Positions 1 to 9,318 of a stretch of 64,000 bases of DNA are shown here, one piece after another; the stretch's first letter is position 1; every line of letters begins with the position of its first letter. The DNA comes from Candidatus Kerfeldbacteria bacterium (GTDB lineage Bacteria; Patescibacteriota; Patescibacteriia; UBA9570). Position numbers and translations under genes: made by a program. The stretch covers positions 23,917 to 87,916 of the forward strand of contig JACPGK010000032.1 of NCBI GenBank assembly GCA_016182495.1, in the 5' to 3' direction. The notes under the pieces are model-generated. The model saw only the letters and a list, made by a program, of their open reading frames with translations, did not search any database and was not told where the DNA came from.

Positions 1-515
1 CATTCATTGCCAATGATAGTTCGCCCGCTCGACGGCAACGTTTACGCCAGGTGCTGAATGATTACGGTTTTTCCGATACTACGGTCAGCGGAAAAAAAGC
101 TGAAATTATCTATCAACGTCAACCAAATTATTTCGATAAAATTTTATTGGATGCTCCGTGCAGTTCAGAACGTCATGTTTATAACAGCCCAAATCATTTA
201 CAGTTATGGTCGCCCAATCGAGTGCGATCATTACAACAACGTCAGTTGGCGCTACTGGGCGGATTACTGTTAGCCCTCAAACCAGGTGGCCGATTAGTAT
301 ACTCTACCTGCGCCTTAACGCCTGAAGAAAATGAACTGGTAGTGCAAAAATTTTTGGATAAACGCGGCGCCATGATCACACTACGCTCTTTTGCAGACTG
401 CGTTAGCTTACCTGTGCCGGGTGAACCCAGCCAATTGCTACCTGCTACCTGGCGGATATTTCCTCATCGGCATCAGCTTGACCCGATGTTTATAGCGGTA
501 TTCGAAAAAAAATAA
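1..515 (+). CDS. 16S rRNA m5C methyltransferase of the RsmB/RsmF (NOL1/NOP2/Sun) family, C-terminal portion; the 5' end runs off the window
   Basis: Translation contains LDAPCSSE (motif IV) and GGRLVYSTCALTPEENE (motif VI catalytic Cys). The frame stays open upstream of the GTG at 51 back to nt 3. Confidence 0.7.
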   Translation, partial: FIANDSSPARRQRLRQVLNDYGFSDTTVSGKKAEIIYQRQPNYFDKILLDAPCSSERHVYNSPNHLQLWSPNRVRSLQQRQLALLGGLLLALKPGGRLVYSTCALTPEENELVVQKFLDKRGAMITLRSFADCVSLPVPGEPSQLLPATWRIFPHRHQLDPMFIAVFEKK

Positions 516-519
516 TTAT

Positions 520-1071
520 TTATTTCGCCCATTTCTCCGGATTCTCCCAAATATACCGCCGGACCATTTGTAATTCCCGTGGGGTACGAATAATCCGTTC
601 ATAAAACCGGGGTTGCCATTGAAATTGTGGATATCCAATGGATCGAATCCGTTTGGTACATATTGATTTGAATTGATTGATGATGGATCCTAATGTATTG
701 GGTTGCCACCGATGTGTTGTAGAGACGCCCCGCCGGGGCGTCTCTACCCCATGACCGTACGGATGGAATATACCTGGTATATGGTGATGATCACCAATCA
801 CCAGAATGCCATGAAAATGATCCGGCATAATTATCCAGGCATCCAATGTAATATTGGATCGAATAATAGGTGTACGCAACCATTCATCCAATACAATCAT
901 CCCCATATCCGATAATTGTACGATACCATCAATAATATTCCCAAAATATCGACGGTGACGCTGACGGGTACAGAGAGTGACAAAATACCAGCCAGGGGAG
1001 GCATAATTCCAATAAGGTAGACGAATGGATGCAATGCGATAACGATTGGCAAACCGGGTGACCATATACAA
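520..1071 (-). CDS. REP-associated tyrosine transposase (RAYT) / IS200-like HuH transposase
   Basis: HuH motif MPDHFHGILV and tyrosine motif WQPRFYERIIR (compare RAYT WQRGFYDHVIR); a size of about 180 aa fits RAYTs. Confidence 0.75.
   Translation of the reverse strand: MYMVTRFANRYRIASIRLPYWNYASPGWYFVTLCTRQRHRRYFGNIIDGIVQLSDMGMIVLDEWLRTPIIRSNITLDAWIIMPDHFHGILVIGDHHHIPGIFHPYGHGVETPRRGVSTTHRWQPNTLGSIINQFKSICTKRIRSIGYPQFQWQPRFYERIIRTPRELQMVRRYIWENPEKWAK
719..747. repeat. 29-nt perfect palindrome GTAGAGACGCCCCG-C-CGGGGCGTCTCTAC (REP-like, GTAG-initiated) lying inside the RAYT coding sequence
   Basis: Read directly from the sequence: two 14-nt arms that are exact reverse complements around a single C, GC-rich relative to the flanks. 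Confidence 0.8.
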
Positions 1072-1133
1072 AAACGCTCTCCGTGTTGCAGACAGCGCTC
1101 ATTTGAGTAGAATGGTAGCATAAAATAAAATCA

Positions 1134-1162
1134 TTGACAAGTTCCGTGATTGCCCGTATAGT
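1134..1162 (+). promoter_or_regulatory. Sigma-70-type promoter for typA: TTGACA (1134-1139), 17-nt spacer, TATAGT (1157-1162)
   Basis: Consensus -35 with near-consensus -10 and 17-nt spacing, 13 nt upstream of the ATG at 1176. Confidence 0.6.
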
Positions 1163-1175
1163 ACGCGCGATCTCT

Positions 1176-2990
1176 ATGAATCAAATTCGGAACGTCGCCA
1201 TTATTGCACACGTTGACCATGGTAAAACTACCTTGGTGGATGCTTTATTGCGTCAATCAAAAACCCACCTGGGTAAAGAATTAGCCGACTCCGATTTAAT
1301 CATGGATAGCAACGAGCTTGAACGTGAACGCGGTATTACCATTTTTTCAAAAAATGCCGCCATTCAATGGGGCGATACCAAAATTAATATCATTGATACC
1401 CCTGGTCATGCCGATTTTGGTGGCGAAGTAGAACGAGTGCTCACTATGGCCGATGGCTGCTTATTGTTAGTGGACGCCAAAGAAGGCCCCATGCCGCAAA
1501 CTCGGTTTGTGTTAAAAAAAGCTTTGGCCATGAAGCTAAAAACCATTGTAGTGATTAATAAAATTGATAAAGCCGATGCCCGCTGTAACGTAGTGCTCAA
1601 TAAAACCTTTGATTTGTTTATTGAATTAGGGGCCGATGATGCGGCTGCTGATTTTCCAGTCATTTACGCCTCGGCCAAACAAGGCAAAGCTGGCCTGGAA
1701 GCCAACTTAAACACGATGCAAAATATCACACCAATTTTTGAAGCGATCATCCAACATGTTCCAGCCCCAACTGGTGATGCCAGTCAACCTTTGCAATTAC
1801 TAGCCAGCAATATTACAGCTGATAATTTTAAGGGACGGGTAGCTACTGGGAGAATTTATAATGGTACTATTCAAGCTGGACAAACCGTTACTCATATTAA
1901 TCGACAAGGTGTTCAAAAAAACTATCGCTTAGTTTCGCTAATGACATTCCATGGTTTGCAACGCATTGAAGCCGATCAAGCCAGCGCCGGCGATATTGTA
2001 GCCGTAGCTGGTATCCCTGATATTACCATTGGCGAAACCTTGGCCGATGCGCAGCATCCACAAGCCTTACCGTTGTTAAGCATTGAAGAGCCAACTGTCA
2101 AAATGACCTTTACCGTCAATAATTCACCGTTGGCTGGTAAGGAAGGCGATTTTAGCACATCACGACAAATTCGCGAACGCTTATACAAAGAATTAGAAAC
2201 CGATATGGCCTTACGGGTTGAAGATGATCTCAATGGAGATTGGACAGTATCTGGTCGAGGCGAACTGCATCTAGCTATTTTGATTGAACGAATGCGGCGA
2301 GAGGGATATGAATTTCAGGTATCACGCCCGAAAGTAATCACTCGAATAATTGACGGTAAAACGTTAACACCATATGAACGCGTCTACATTGAAGTACCAG
2401 AAGAACACTCCGGCGTAGTGATTCAAAAATTAGGGAGCCGCCATGGTACCATGCAAGATATGACCAGCGATAATGGCCTGGTGTTTCTTGAATTTGTTAT
2501 TCCAACCCTAGGCCTGTTTGGTTACCGCAGTGAATTTTTAACCGATACCCGTGGTTTGGGCATTATCAACACCATGTTTCATGACTATTTACCTGATCCT
2601 GGCAATTGGCCCGATCGCGATCAAGGCTCATTGGTAGCCCATGAAAGTGGCACCACCAACATGTATGGCTTACTGAATGTGCAAGATCGCGGCGTGCTGT
2701 TTATTGGTCCAGCGGTGACGGTATATAAAGGTCAAGTGGTTGGTCAACATTCTCGACCCAACGATTTAAGCGTTAATGTATGTAAAACCAAACAGCTATC
2801 CAACATGCGTTCAAAGGGTGACGGTACTAGCGAACATTTTAAAAGTCCACGCCTGATGGGATTAGAAGATGCTTTAGAATACATTGGTGATGATGAATTG
2901 GTTGAAGTAACTCCAAAAAATATTCGGATTCGTAAAATGGTATTGGATAAAGTGGATGAGCGGCGCAAACAACTGGGTATTACATCATAG
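1176..2990 (+). CDS. typA: Ribosome-associated translational GTPase TypA/BipA
   Basis: NVAIIAHVDHGKTTLVD, DTPGHADF and NKIDK G-motifs together with an EF-G-like domain order. The start is placed at ATG 1176 (MNQIRN...) because the track start at 1134 lies inside the promoter -35. Confidence 0.9.
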   Translation: MNQIRNVAIIAHVDHGKTTLVDALLRQSKTHLGKELADSDLIMDSNELERERGITIFSKNAAIQWGDTKINIIDTPGHADFGGEVERVLTMADGCLLLVDAKEGPMPQTRFVLKKALAMKLKTIVVINKIDKADARCNVVLNKTFDLFIELGADDAAADFPVIYASAKQGKAGLEANLNTMQNITPIFEAIIQHVPAPTGDASQPLQLLASNITADNFKGRVATGRIYNGTIQAGQTVTHINRQGVQKNYRLVSLMTFHGLQRIEADQASAGDIVAVAGIPDITIGETLADAQHPQALPLLSIEEPTVKMTFTVNNSPLAGKEGDFSTSRQIRERLYKELETDMALRVEDDLNGDWTVSGRGELHLAILIERMRREGYEFQVSRPKVITRIIDGKTLTPYERVYIEVPEEHSGVVIQKLGSRHGTMQDMTSDNGLVFLEFVIPTLGLFGYRSEFLTDTRGLGIINTMFHDYLPDPGNWPDRDQGSLVAHESGTTNMYGLLNVQDRGVLFIGPAVTVYKGQVVGQHSRPNDLSVNVCKTKQLSNMRSKGDGTSEHFKSPRLMGLEDALEYIGDDELVEVTPKNIRIRKMVLDKVDERRKQLGITS

Positions 2991-4317
2991 ACCATAACAA
3001 CCACAAACCCGAGGCCGTCATCACAATTAATAACGCGGTACCCAGCAGGTTCGATAGCCAGTTGTTACGATAGCGCTGCATGATAGTTTTGTTATTGGCA
3101 ATCAACAGAATAATCAAAATCAGTGGTGGCGCACATAACCCATTGAGAATGGCCGTATAATACAACATGGTAAATGGTGGTATACCGCTAAAATTAACCG
3201 CGATGCCAATAATCGTGGCTACGGCAATAGTGCCGTAAAATCCATGAGCCTGATGAAACGATCGGTATAACCCTTCGCGCCAACCCATGATTTCCGATAC
3301 CGCGTACGACATTGAGCCAGCTAATACTGGAATTGCTAGCAAGCCAGTACCAAGAATGCCTAAAGCAAACAACCAATACGTAGCTGGTCCAGCCAGGGGG
3401 CGTAACGCTTCGGCCGCTTCGGCAGCAGTGGTAATAGTAATAATACCGTGTTCCCCCAACGTGGCCGCACTGGTCAGCATGATAAAAAACATTATTACAT
3501 TGGAAAATAACATACCAATCATGGTATCAAGACGCATCGATTGAATATCAGCTCCGGCTACCCGTGGTTTAGTAGTATTCATATTGCGTAGCTTGTGGTT
3601 GGCTACAGCTTCTTCTACTTCTTCGCTGGTTTGCCAAAAAAATAAATAGGGCGAAAAGGTGGTGCCAAATATTGCTACAATGTTCATTATAAAATCTGGC
3701 GTCAAATTAAAACTCGGCAGTACCACCGCTTGAATTACAGTGGGCCAGTGTGGCTGCACTAAAAAGGCGGTTACAATATAAGCTACCAAAGTCACCGTTA
3801 AATATTTCAAATAGCGGGCGTAGACACGATAAGATAAACCAATTTCTAATGCTACGGTTATAATCGCTATACAAAATAACCACCAAATAGCCGGCCCGCC
3901 AAACAATAATTGACTCACCGCCGCCATGGCTCCAAGATTAGCGCCAATATTAACAACATTAGCGATACTTAATAATACAACGGTACCGTAGAGAATCGGC
4001 TTAGCATAATGTTGCTTCATCACCGCCGCTAACCCTCGACCAGTCACTAGGCCAATGCGACCGCACATTTCTTGAATAGCTACCATTAATGGCCAGGTGA
4101 ATAGAGCTGTCCACAATTGTTGATAATGAAACTGGACTCCGGTTTGTGAATACGTTCCAATCCCAGATGGATCATCATCGGAAGCACCAGTGATGAAACC
4201 AGGCCCAAGCTTGTGCCGGAGCGTCTTAAGCAATGAACGAATAGTCACAAAAGAACACAGGTCTTTAAGGCCAAAGCATAGGCAATGCCAAGCATAAAAG
4301 CCAAAATAATAACACAA
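2980..4317 (-). CDS. Nramp-family divalent cation transporter, a divergent NRMT-like variant with DPSG in place of DPGN; the start is uncertain and a GTG about 23 codons in is possible
   Basis: GPGFITGASDDDPSGIGTYSQTG (TM1 motif), about 11 transmembrane helices, and an Nramp-like TM6 region FGTTFSPYLFFWQ. Confidence 0.75.
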   Translation of the reverse strand: MCYYFGFYAWHCLCFGLKDLCSFVTIRSLLKTLRHKLGPGFITGASDDDPSGIGTYSQTGVQFHYQQLWTALFTWPLMVAIQEMCGRIGLVTGRGLAAVMKQHYAKPILYGTVVLLSIANVVNIGANLGAMAAVSQLLFGGPAIWWLFCIAIITVALEIGLSYRVYARYLKYLTVTLVAYIVTAFLVQPHWPTVIQAVVLPSFNLTPDFIMNIVAIFGTTFSPYLFFWQTSEEVEEAVANHKLRNMNTTKPRVAGADIQSMRLDTMIGMLFSNVIMFFIMLTSAATLGEHGIITITTAAEAAEALRPLAGPATYWLFALGILGTGLLAIPVLAGSMSYAVSEIMGWREGLYRSFHQAHGFYGTIAVATIIGIAVNFSGIPPFTMLYYTAILNGLCAPPLILIILLIANNKTIMQRYRNNWLSNLLGTALLIVMTASGLWLLWSMM

Positions 4318-4364
4318 AGCAACAAACAGGTACGGATTATTTTACGAGTCATACGTGTAGTCAA

Positions 4365-5279
4365 TCATACTCTCAAATATCGGCCAATAGATAGCATACT
4401 ACTACCGACGGCTAATACTATTGATACCACCACTTGAAAGGCAAAAATATACCAAAAATGCTCTTGAAAAAATAAACTTAAACTAAAATTATACCCAGTG
4501 AAAAAATTATTAACATAGGGTGTGGCCGCAGCCATGGTTATCCACAACAACACCATAGCAATACTACTCGAAACTAAAGCGTACACTAGCCCTTCTAAAA
4601 TAAACGGAGCGCGCACAAACCAATTAGTCGCTCCCACTAATTTCATAATCCCCAATTCCTCACGATGCGCATAAATCGCCACCCGCACTGTATTAAACAT
4701 CATGATCACAGAAATGATTATAAAAATTAAACTCACTACTAACGCGCCTTGGTATAAACGCCGAATAATACTGGATAAGCGTTCAATCACCAATTGGTGA
4801 TCAGAAAAATTTTTATCTTGCACTAAAGTATCGTATTGTGAAGCCTCGAATTGTTGCGTAATCACAGCATAATCCTGCAAGGCGTAGGCTTGAATCACTA
4901 AACTGGCCGGTAACGGGTTATCGGTTAATTCGGCTAGGGCAGCGGCAATATTAGGATTATTGGCATGACTGGCTTTAAATTTTTCTAAGGCTTCATCACG
5001 TGATACATAACGAACGCTTTTGACTTCTGGGATACTTTGTAGCCACACTTGAGCAGTAATAACATCCTGCTCATCAACTTCGGGCTTGAAATAGATATCA
5101 ATATTAATTTTTTCTTCAACGGCTTGAACAGCTTGATCGGCTACAATGTTGAGCGTAGCCACTAAACTGGTGGTGAGTAAGGTAAGAGTCAAAATAAAAA
5201 TGGTAATAATTGATAACCATAAATTACGCCACACATTTTGGAAAGCAAATTTAGATGTACGATAAACAGTAATCAGCAT
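4365..5279 (-). CDS. ftsX: Cell-division ABC transporter permease FtsX
   Basis: FtsX N-terminus (MLITVYRTSKFAFQNVWRNLWLSIITIF), large extracellular loop, three C-terminal TM helices, and a position directly downstream of ftsE. Confidence 0.8.
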   Translation of the reverse strand: MLITVYRTSKFAFQNVWRNLWLSIITIFILTLTLLTTSLVATLNIVADQAVQAVEEKINIDIYFKPEVDEQDVITAQVWLQSIPEVKSVRYVSRDEALEKFKASHANNPNIAAALAELTDNPLPASLVIQAYALQDYAVITQQFEASQYDTLVQDKNFSDHQLVIERLSSIIRRLYQGALVVSLIFIIISVIMMFNTVRVAIYAHREELGIMKLVGATNWFVRAPFILEGLVYALVSSSIAMVLLWITMAAATPYVNNFFTGYNFSLSLFFQEHFWYIFAFQVVVSIVLAVGSSMLSIGRYLRV

Positions 5280-5281
5280 AG

Positions 5282-5962
5282 TTAAATAATATATTTACCT
5301 GATTGTTGATCAGATACAATGGTGCCATCGTCAATGCTAATCACCCGTTTACGCAAACGATTAACAATATCTTTATTATGCGTTACCAACATAATAGTGG
5401 TGCCAAGGGTGTTAATTTTTAACAGCAGCTCGATAATTTCTTGAGCATTAATAGTATCAAGATTACCAGTTGGTTCATCGGCTACTAATACTTTTGGTCG
5501 ATGAACTAAAGCTCGGCCAATGGCCACGCGCTGGCGCTGCCCACCGGATAGCTGATGCGGAAATTTATCACGTTTCTCATTCAAGCCAACCACTTTTAAC
5601 ACCTGCGGTACAATTCGGTTAATGTGCCCTTGATTCACCCCACACACTTCTAAAGCAAAGGCGACATTTTCATAGACGGTTTTTTTTGGCAGCAGCTTAA
5701 AATCTTGAAACACCATCCCCACCTGCCGACGCAACACCGGAATATCAGCCGACCGAACAGCTGTAATATCCCAGCTACCAATAATCACGCGGCCTTTACT
5801 GGGCCGCTCTTCAGCAATGACCATTTTAGCTAACGTAGTTTTGCCAGTACCCGATTGGCCAACAATCGAAACAAACTCGGCTGGTCGAATATGCAACGAT
5901 AAATCTCGAGCCGCGTAAGTATTATCCGAATAAATCTTGGTTACTTTATCAAACCGAATCAT
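5282..5962 (-). CDS. ftsE: Cell-division ABC transporter ATP-binding protein FtsE
   Basis: Walker A GQSGTGKTT, ABC signature LSGGQRQRVAIGRAL, Walker B VLVADEPTGNLD. Confidence 0.85.
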   Translation of the reverse strand: MIRFDKVTKIYSDNTYAARDLSLHIRPAEFVSIVGQSGTGKTTLAKMVIAEERPSKGRVIIGSWDITAVRSADIPVLRRQVGMVFQDFKLLPKKTVYENVAFALEVCGVNQGHINRIVPQVLKVVGLNEKRDKFPHQLSGGQRQRVAIGRALVHRPKVLVADEPTGNLDTINAQEIIELLLKINTLGTTIMLVTHNKDIVNRLRKRVISIDDGTIVSDQQSGKYII

Positions 5963-5980
5963 GCCACCCAGTATAGCACA

Positions 5981-6742
5981 TTACTGAACTTGTTGTACGG
6001 TTACAGCCACTACGCCAGCTGATAAATCAGCGATTTTAGCAAAATCGTCACGAGGTAAATCTACCACTCGCCCAGGAACAAACGGTCCAGTTGATACAAC
6101 AGTGCTATCAACTGATGCTTGGGTAGAAACATTGGTCACCCGAATCACGCTACCCAGCGGAAAATCATTGCTGGCGGCACCGTGCCAATCATACCAACTG
6201 GCATACCCTGCAATCATATCGCCAGAGCTGCTGGCTGATGCCTGAAATACAGCTACAATAGCGCTGCGATGACGAATACTAGCGCGCACCACTAAATGAG
6301 CGCTATCATCTTTTGTTTTCAAGCGCTGCCAGCGTTGTTGAGCAGGGTTCCATAGTTTGATTATTTTGGTGGTTTGTATTTGATCGGCTGGATATGATAA
6401 TTCAAGCCATACTTTTTTACGCAACTGTACCGGTTGACTATGACGTAATGTATAACGATACAAATCACCCACGAGCGGTTGATCACCAACCGGATACCGC
6501 TGTGGTTGGCGAACTTGTTCAATAGTCATCCCCACTCGTTTGAGTTGGCGCCAATGTTTAAAACTGCGCCCCGGTATGCCTACGGCAAAGGTACCAGCCA
6601 AATTGCGTAACGTATACCCTTGCCGAATAGTGGCTTGATGCAACACTGTACGCGCTGTGTTAGCGTTCGCAGCCTGACTGATTCCAGGAATGACTAAACT
6701 ACTTAGACTAATGATAATGGCTATACTCAAGCCGCGACGCAT
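5981..6742 (-). CDS. Secreted RlpA-like / 3D-type double-psi beta-barrel (DPBB) protein, a putative peptidoglycan-binding or lytic factor
   Basis: Signal peptide MRRGLSIAIIISLSSLVIPGISQA; C-terminal GYASWYDWHG...VIRVTNVS...GPFVPGRVVDLPRDDFAKIA matches the RlpA/DPBB pattern. Confidence 0.6.
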   Translation of the reverse strand: MRRGLSIAIIISLSSLVIPGISQAANANTARTVLHQATIRQGYTLRNLAGTFAVGIPGRSFKHWRQLKRVGMTIEQVRQPQRYPVGDQPLVGDLYRYTLRHSQPVQLRKKVWLELSYPADQIQTTKIIKLWNPAQQRWQRLKTKDDSAHLVVRASIRHRSAIVAVFQASASSSGDMIAGYASWYDWHGAASNDFPLGSVIRVTNVSTQASVDSTVVSTGPFVPGRVVDLPRDDFAKIADLSAGVVAVTVQQVQ

Positions 6743-6753
6743 AGGTGTAGAAG

Positions 6754-7173
6754 CTAGGATAAAAATGGTGAAATTTGTTCAACAATATCGTGTGGTACAA
6801 TATTGGATTTCACAAAATAGCCTTGAGCGCCAAGTTCTTCGGCTCGTTGCCGATCTTCCAAACCATCTAAATTGGTCATCACAAATACTGGTACATCTTT
6901 AAATTGTGACAAAGAGCGTAAATGCTGCAGTACCACAAAGCCACTACGCTGACTAAAATCTAAATGATCACCGGTTTTTTGAGGAATTAACAAATCCAAC
7001 AATATTACTTTAGGAAGCTGTTGTGAAGTAATGCACTCTTGAATAATGGCTTTGGCTTCCGATACAGTGGTGGCAGTCAGAATATCTTTAACAACCCGCT
7101 GTAAGGCTAAGCGATAAAGACTTAATAAACTGGGCTCGTCTTCAATCAATAAAATTCGAGATGAGCTTGACAT
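6754..7173 (-). CDS. Stand-alone response-regulator receiver domain (CheY-like)
   Basis: ILLIEDEP, phospho-acceptor context VILLDLLIP, conserved T/K positions (VFVMTNL...YFVKS); no output domain is present. Confidence 0.7.
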   Translation of the reverse strand: MSSSSRILLIEDEPSLLSLYRLALQRVVKDILTATTVSEAKAIIQECITSQQLPKVILLDLLIPQKTGDHLDFSQRSGFVVLQHLRSLSQFKDVPVFVMTNLDGLEDRQRAEELGAQGYFVKSNIVPHDIVEQISPFLS

Positions 7174-7217
7174 ACGGCAATTATATTACTATGTTTATAC
7201 TCGTTCGTCAAGAGTAG

Positions 7218-7290
7218 GCCCGCGTAGCTCAATTGGTAGAGCGACGGTATCGTAAACCGTAGGTCGTCAGTTCAAACCTGACCGTGGGCT
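7218..7290 (+). tRNA. tRNA-Thr (anticodon CGU); no CCA is encoded
   Basis: A cloverleaf was folded by hand: acceptor GCCCGCG/CGTGGGC (one G-U pair), D arm GCTC-AATTGGTA-GAGC, anticodon stem ACGGT/ACCGT with loop ATCGTAA, T arm GTCAG-TTCAAAC-CTGAC. Confidence 0.85.
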
Positions 7291-8276
7291 CAAAATGGTA
7301 CAGCTGTAGGCTCAACTAAAATACGCACCTGGGCTTGTTCGCGTTGTTGTTCTAGATAACTATCCAAATCAAATTTAATCAAAATATGACGGGCATGCAC
7401 CTGTTCAGGTTCGGTATCAGTGGCAGCTTTACGTTCGATCAGTTGAATCAAATGAAAACCAAATTCAGTTTGTACAATATCAGATAGTTGATTTGGCTCG
7501 GTTAAAGCAAAGGCCGCTTCTTCGAACGGTGCCACCATTTGGCCACGACTAAACCAACCCAAATCACCACCATTACTGGCCGAACCATCTTGGCTGTACT
7601 GCTCGGCTAAACTAGCAAATTGATTAGGATCAGCTTGGAGTTGCTGTTGTACATCGACCAGTTGTTGCCTAGCCGGAGCACCGTAACTATCGAACTCATT
7701 AGCCAATAAATAGTCCTGCAATTTTTGACGTAACACTAATTCTCGCACCACTTGCTGTTTAAAGTCATCAATCGTCCAACCATATAATTCTTCCAAGGTA
7801 GCTGCGATATCGGCTTCACTACCTTGAATTTGCGTAGCCACGAATTCCTGATAACTTTTATCAATTTCATCACTGGTAACAATCAAATCACGGTCGGCCG
7901 CTAACTGTTCAAGAAGAATCAATAAAATTTGACGGTCGAGTTCAGCGGTGGCGATTTCGCTTTTTTCTGGCAAAGCGCCCACTTGATCAACAAATGATGG
8001 ATCACTGGAAAACTGTTCAACTACTCGCCAAGCATCCGCCAAACTCTGCTGAAAATCTCGATAGGCAATCGACTGTTGATTAACCGTGGCAATAGGATAC
8101 GGAAACCACTGCACCATGTTAGCGGTAAATTGGTTTGATTGATTGAGTGTATAAAGGGCTGTGGCTGTATAGATAAATGGTGATACTACCAACACCAGTA
8201 GTACAATACTACCAATAATAATATACCGGCGTAAGTGATGCACTGCTTTGGTCGTTTCGGAAATAGCTTGATCCAT
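7290..8276 (-). CDS. Membrane-anchored PpiC/parvulin-type peptidyl-prolyl isomerase (PrsA/SurA-like foldase)
   Basis: N-terminal TM segment and C-terminal rotamase motif [21 protein letters not shown]...[10 protein letters not shown]. Confidence 0.7.
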   Translation of the reverse strand: MDQAISETTKAVHHLRRYIIIGSIVLLVLVVSPFIYTATALYTLNQSNQFTANMVQWFPYPIATVNQQSIAYRDFQQSLADAWRVVEQFSSDPSFVDQVGALPEKSEIATAELDRQILLILLEQLAADRDLIVTSDEIDKSYQEFVATQIQGSEADIAATLEELYGWTIDDFKQQVVRELVLRQKLQDYLLANEFDSYGAPARQQLVDVQQQLQADPNQFASLAEQYSQDGSASNGGDLGWFSRGQMVAPFEEAAFALTEPNQLSDIVQTEFGFHLIQLIERKAATDTEPEQVHARHILIKFDLDSYLEQQREQAQVRILVEPTAVPF

Positions 8277-8298
8277 AAAAAATGCGCTAGAAATTAGT

Positions 8299-8712
8299 TT
8301 AATGAAAAAAATACTGTTGCCATTTAATGATATTCGATTCGCTACTGGTTCCAGTTGCTACCGTAGTTGAGTCACTGACTAGTCCAGTTGATGCAGCGGT
8401 ATCAGCCTGGGGAATGACTACGACAGTTTCGCCAGCTTTTTTTAAACCGAGCTTTTGCCGAGCTTGTTTTTCTTGAAATGATGATGAATTGAAATAGGCA
8501 ATTAAATCCTCCAGGTTGGCATTGTCGCGTTCTAATGCCACAATATCATGTTCTAAACCGGCAATTTGTCGACGGACTTCAATTTGACGGATAGCCTCTT
8601 TGGCGGCAGCGATACCAACCACCACTACCGCTGTTAAGCCAATCACTGTAAAAACACGTGATCGTAAAACCACTTGAAGAGATTTAAATTTAGGAGCTGG
8701 TCGAGAACGCAT
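8299..8712 (-). CDS. FtsB/DivIC-like septum-formation initiator (single TM plus coiled coil)
   Basis: Short basic N-terminus, TM segment [18 protein letters not shown], and a coiled coil [31 protein letters not shown]. Confidence 0.5.
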   Translation of the reverse strand: MRSRPAPKFKSLQVVLRSRVFTVIGLTAVVVVGIAAAKEAIRQIEVRRQIAGLEHDIVALERDNANLEDLIAYFNSSSFQEKQARQKLGLKKAGETVVVIPQADTAASTGLVSDSTTVATGTSSESNIIKWQQYFFH

Positions 8713-9190
8713 GTTTGGCTAGTATATCACGAATTCGTTGGGGTTGATAGACATGCTGCAGCGTTATGCGATCAACGCCCGACTGTGGTGTAATAATAAT
8801 AGTGCCGTATTTAAACACGGTAGCCCATAGACCAATTTGTTCATATTGCACATCGCGTATCTGGGGCCAAAGAATTTCACTGACTGTTTTCGACCATACA
8901 CCATGTTGCCGGACATCAATCAAGCGCTGCTCGGTGAGCACTACCAAATCATTTCTCCATAGTAACCAATGACGTCCAAACCATAGCAACGTAATGCACA
9001 ATACTAGTATAAATACGATCAAACCTTTACTGCCCCACCGAGCAAACCAAGCCAATAAGAAAAAATTTCCAAAATATACTACTACCCCTAGGCTAAATTG
9101 TGGTAATTTTGTTATACTATGTTCGCGAATGACGAGCACGATAGTTTCGTCAGGCCGCAATTGATTTATTAAATGACGAGGTACTTTCAT
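8690..9190 (-). CDS. Membrane protein with a bacterial PH domain (bPH_2 / YdbS-like)
   Basis: Two TM helices followed by a PH-like fold segment LVVLTEQRLIDVRQ...YGTIIITPQSG. Confidence 0.45.
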   Translation of the reverse strand: MKVPRHLINQLRPDETIVLVIREHSITKLPQFSLGVVVYFGNFFLLAWFARWGSKGLIVFILVLCITLLWFGRHWLLWRNDLVVLTEQRLIDVRQHGVWSKTVSEILWPQIRDVQYEQIGLWATVFKYGTIIITPQSGVDRITLQHVYQPQRIRDILAKHAFSTSS

Positions 9191-9318
9191 ATGGCTAAAG
9201 CCAAAATTTCTTCAAAAAAAGTGATGCGCTGGGTTTGGATAGGAGTGTGTATTATCATGCTACTAGCCATGGTTATTTTTACCGTGTTGCCTGGCCTGAA
9301 TTCTGTACAATATAGCAT

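Noticed and set aside
58-273. Plus-strand 71-aa ORF overlapping the rsmB fragment in another frame
   Set aside because: It is nested entirely within a gene that has clear Sun-family motifs, so it is a spurious alternative frame.
703-1121. ORFs 703-915 (+) and 897-1121 (-) overlapping the RAYT gene
   Set aside because: These are out-of-frame or antisense overlaps of the RAYT ORF, whose HuH and Tyr motifs identify the real frame.
1134-1175. Upstream extension of typA to 1134 (track start)
   Set aside because: It would begin inside the -35 hexamer of a consensus promoter, whereas the BipA N-terminal homology starts at Met 1176.
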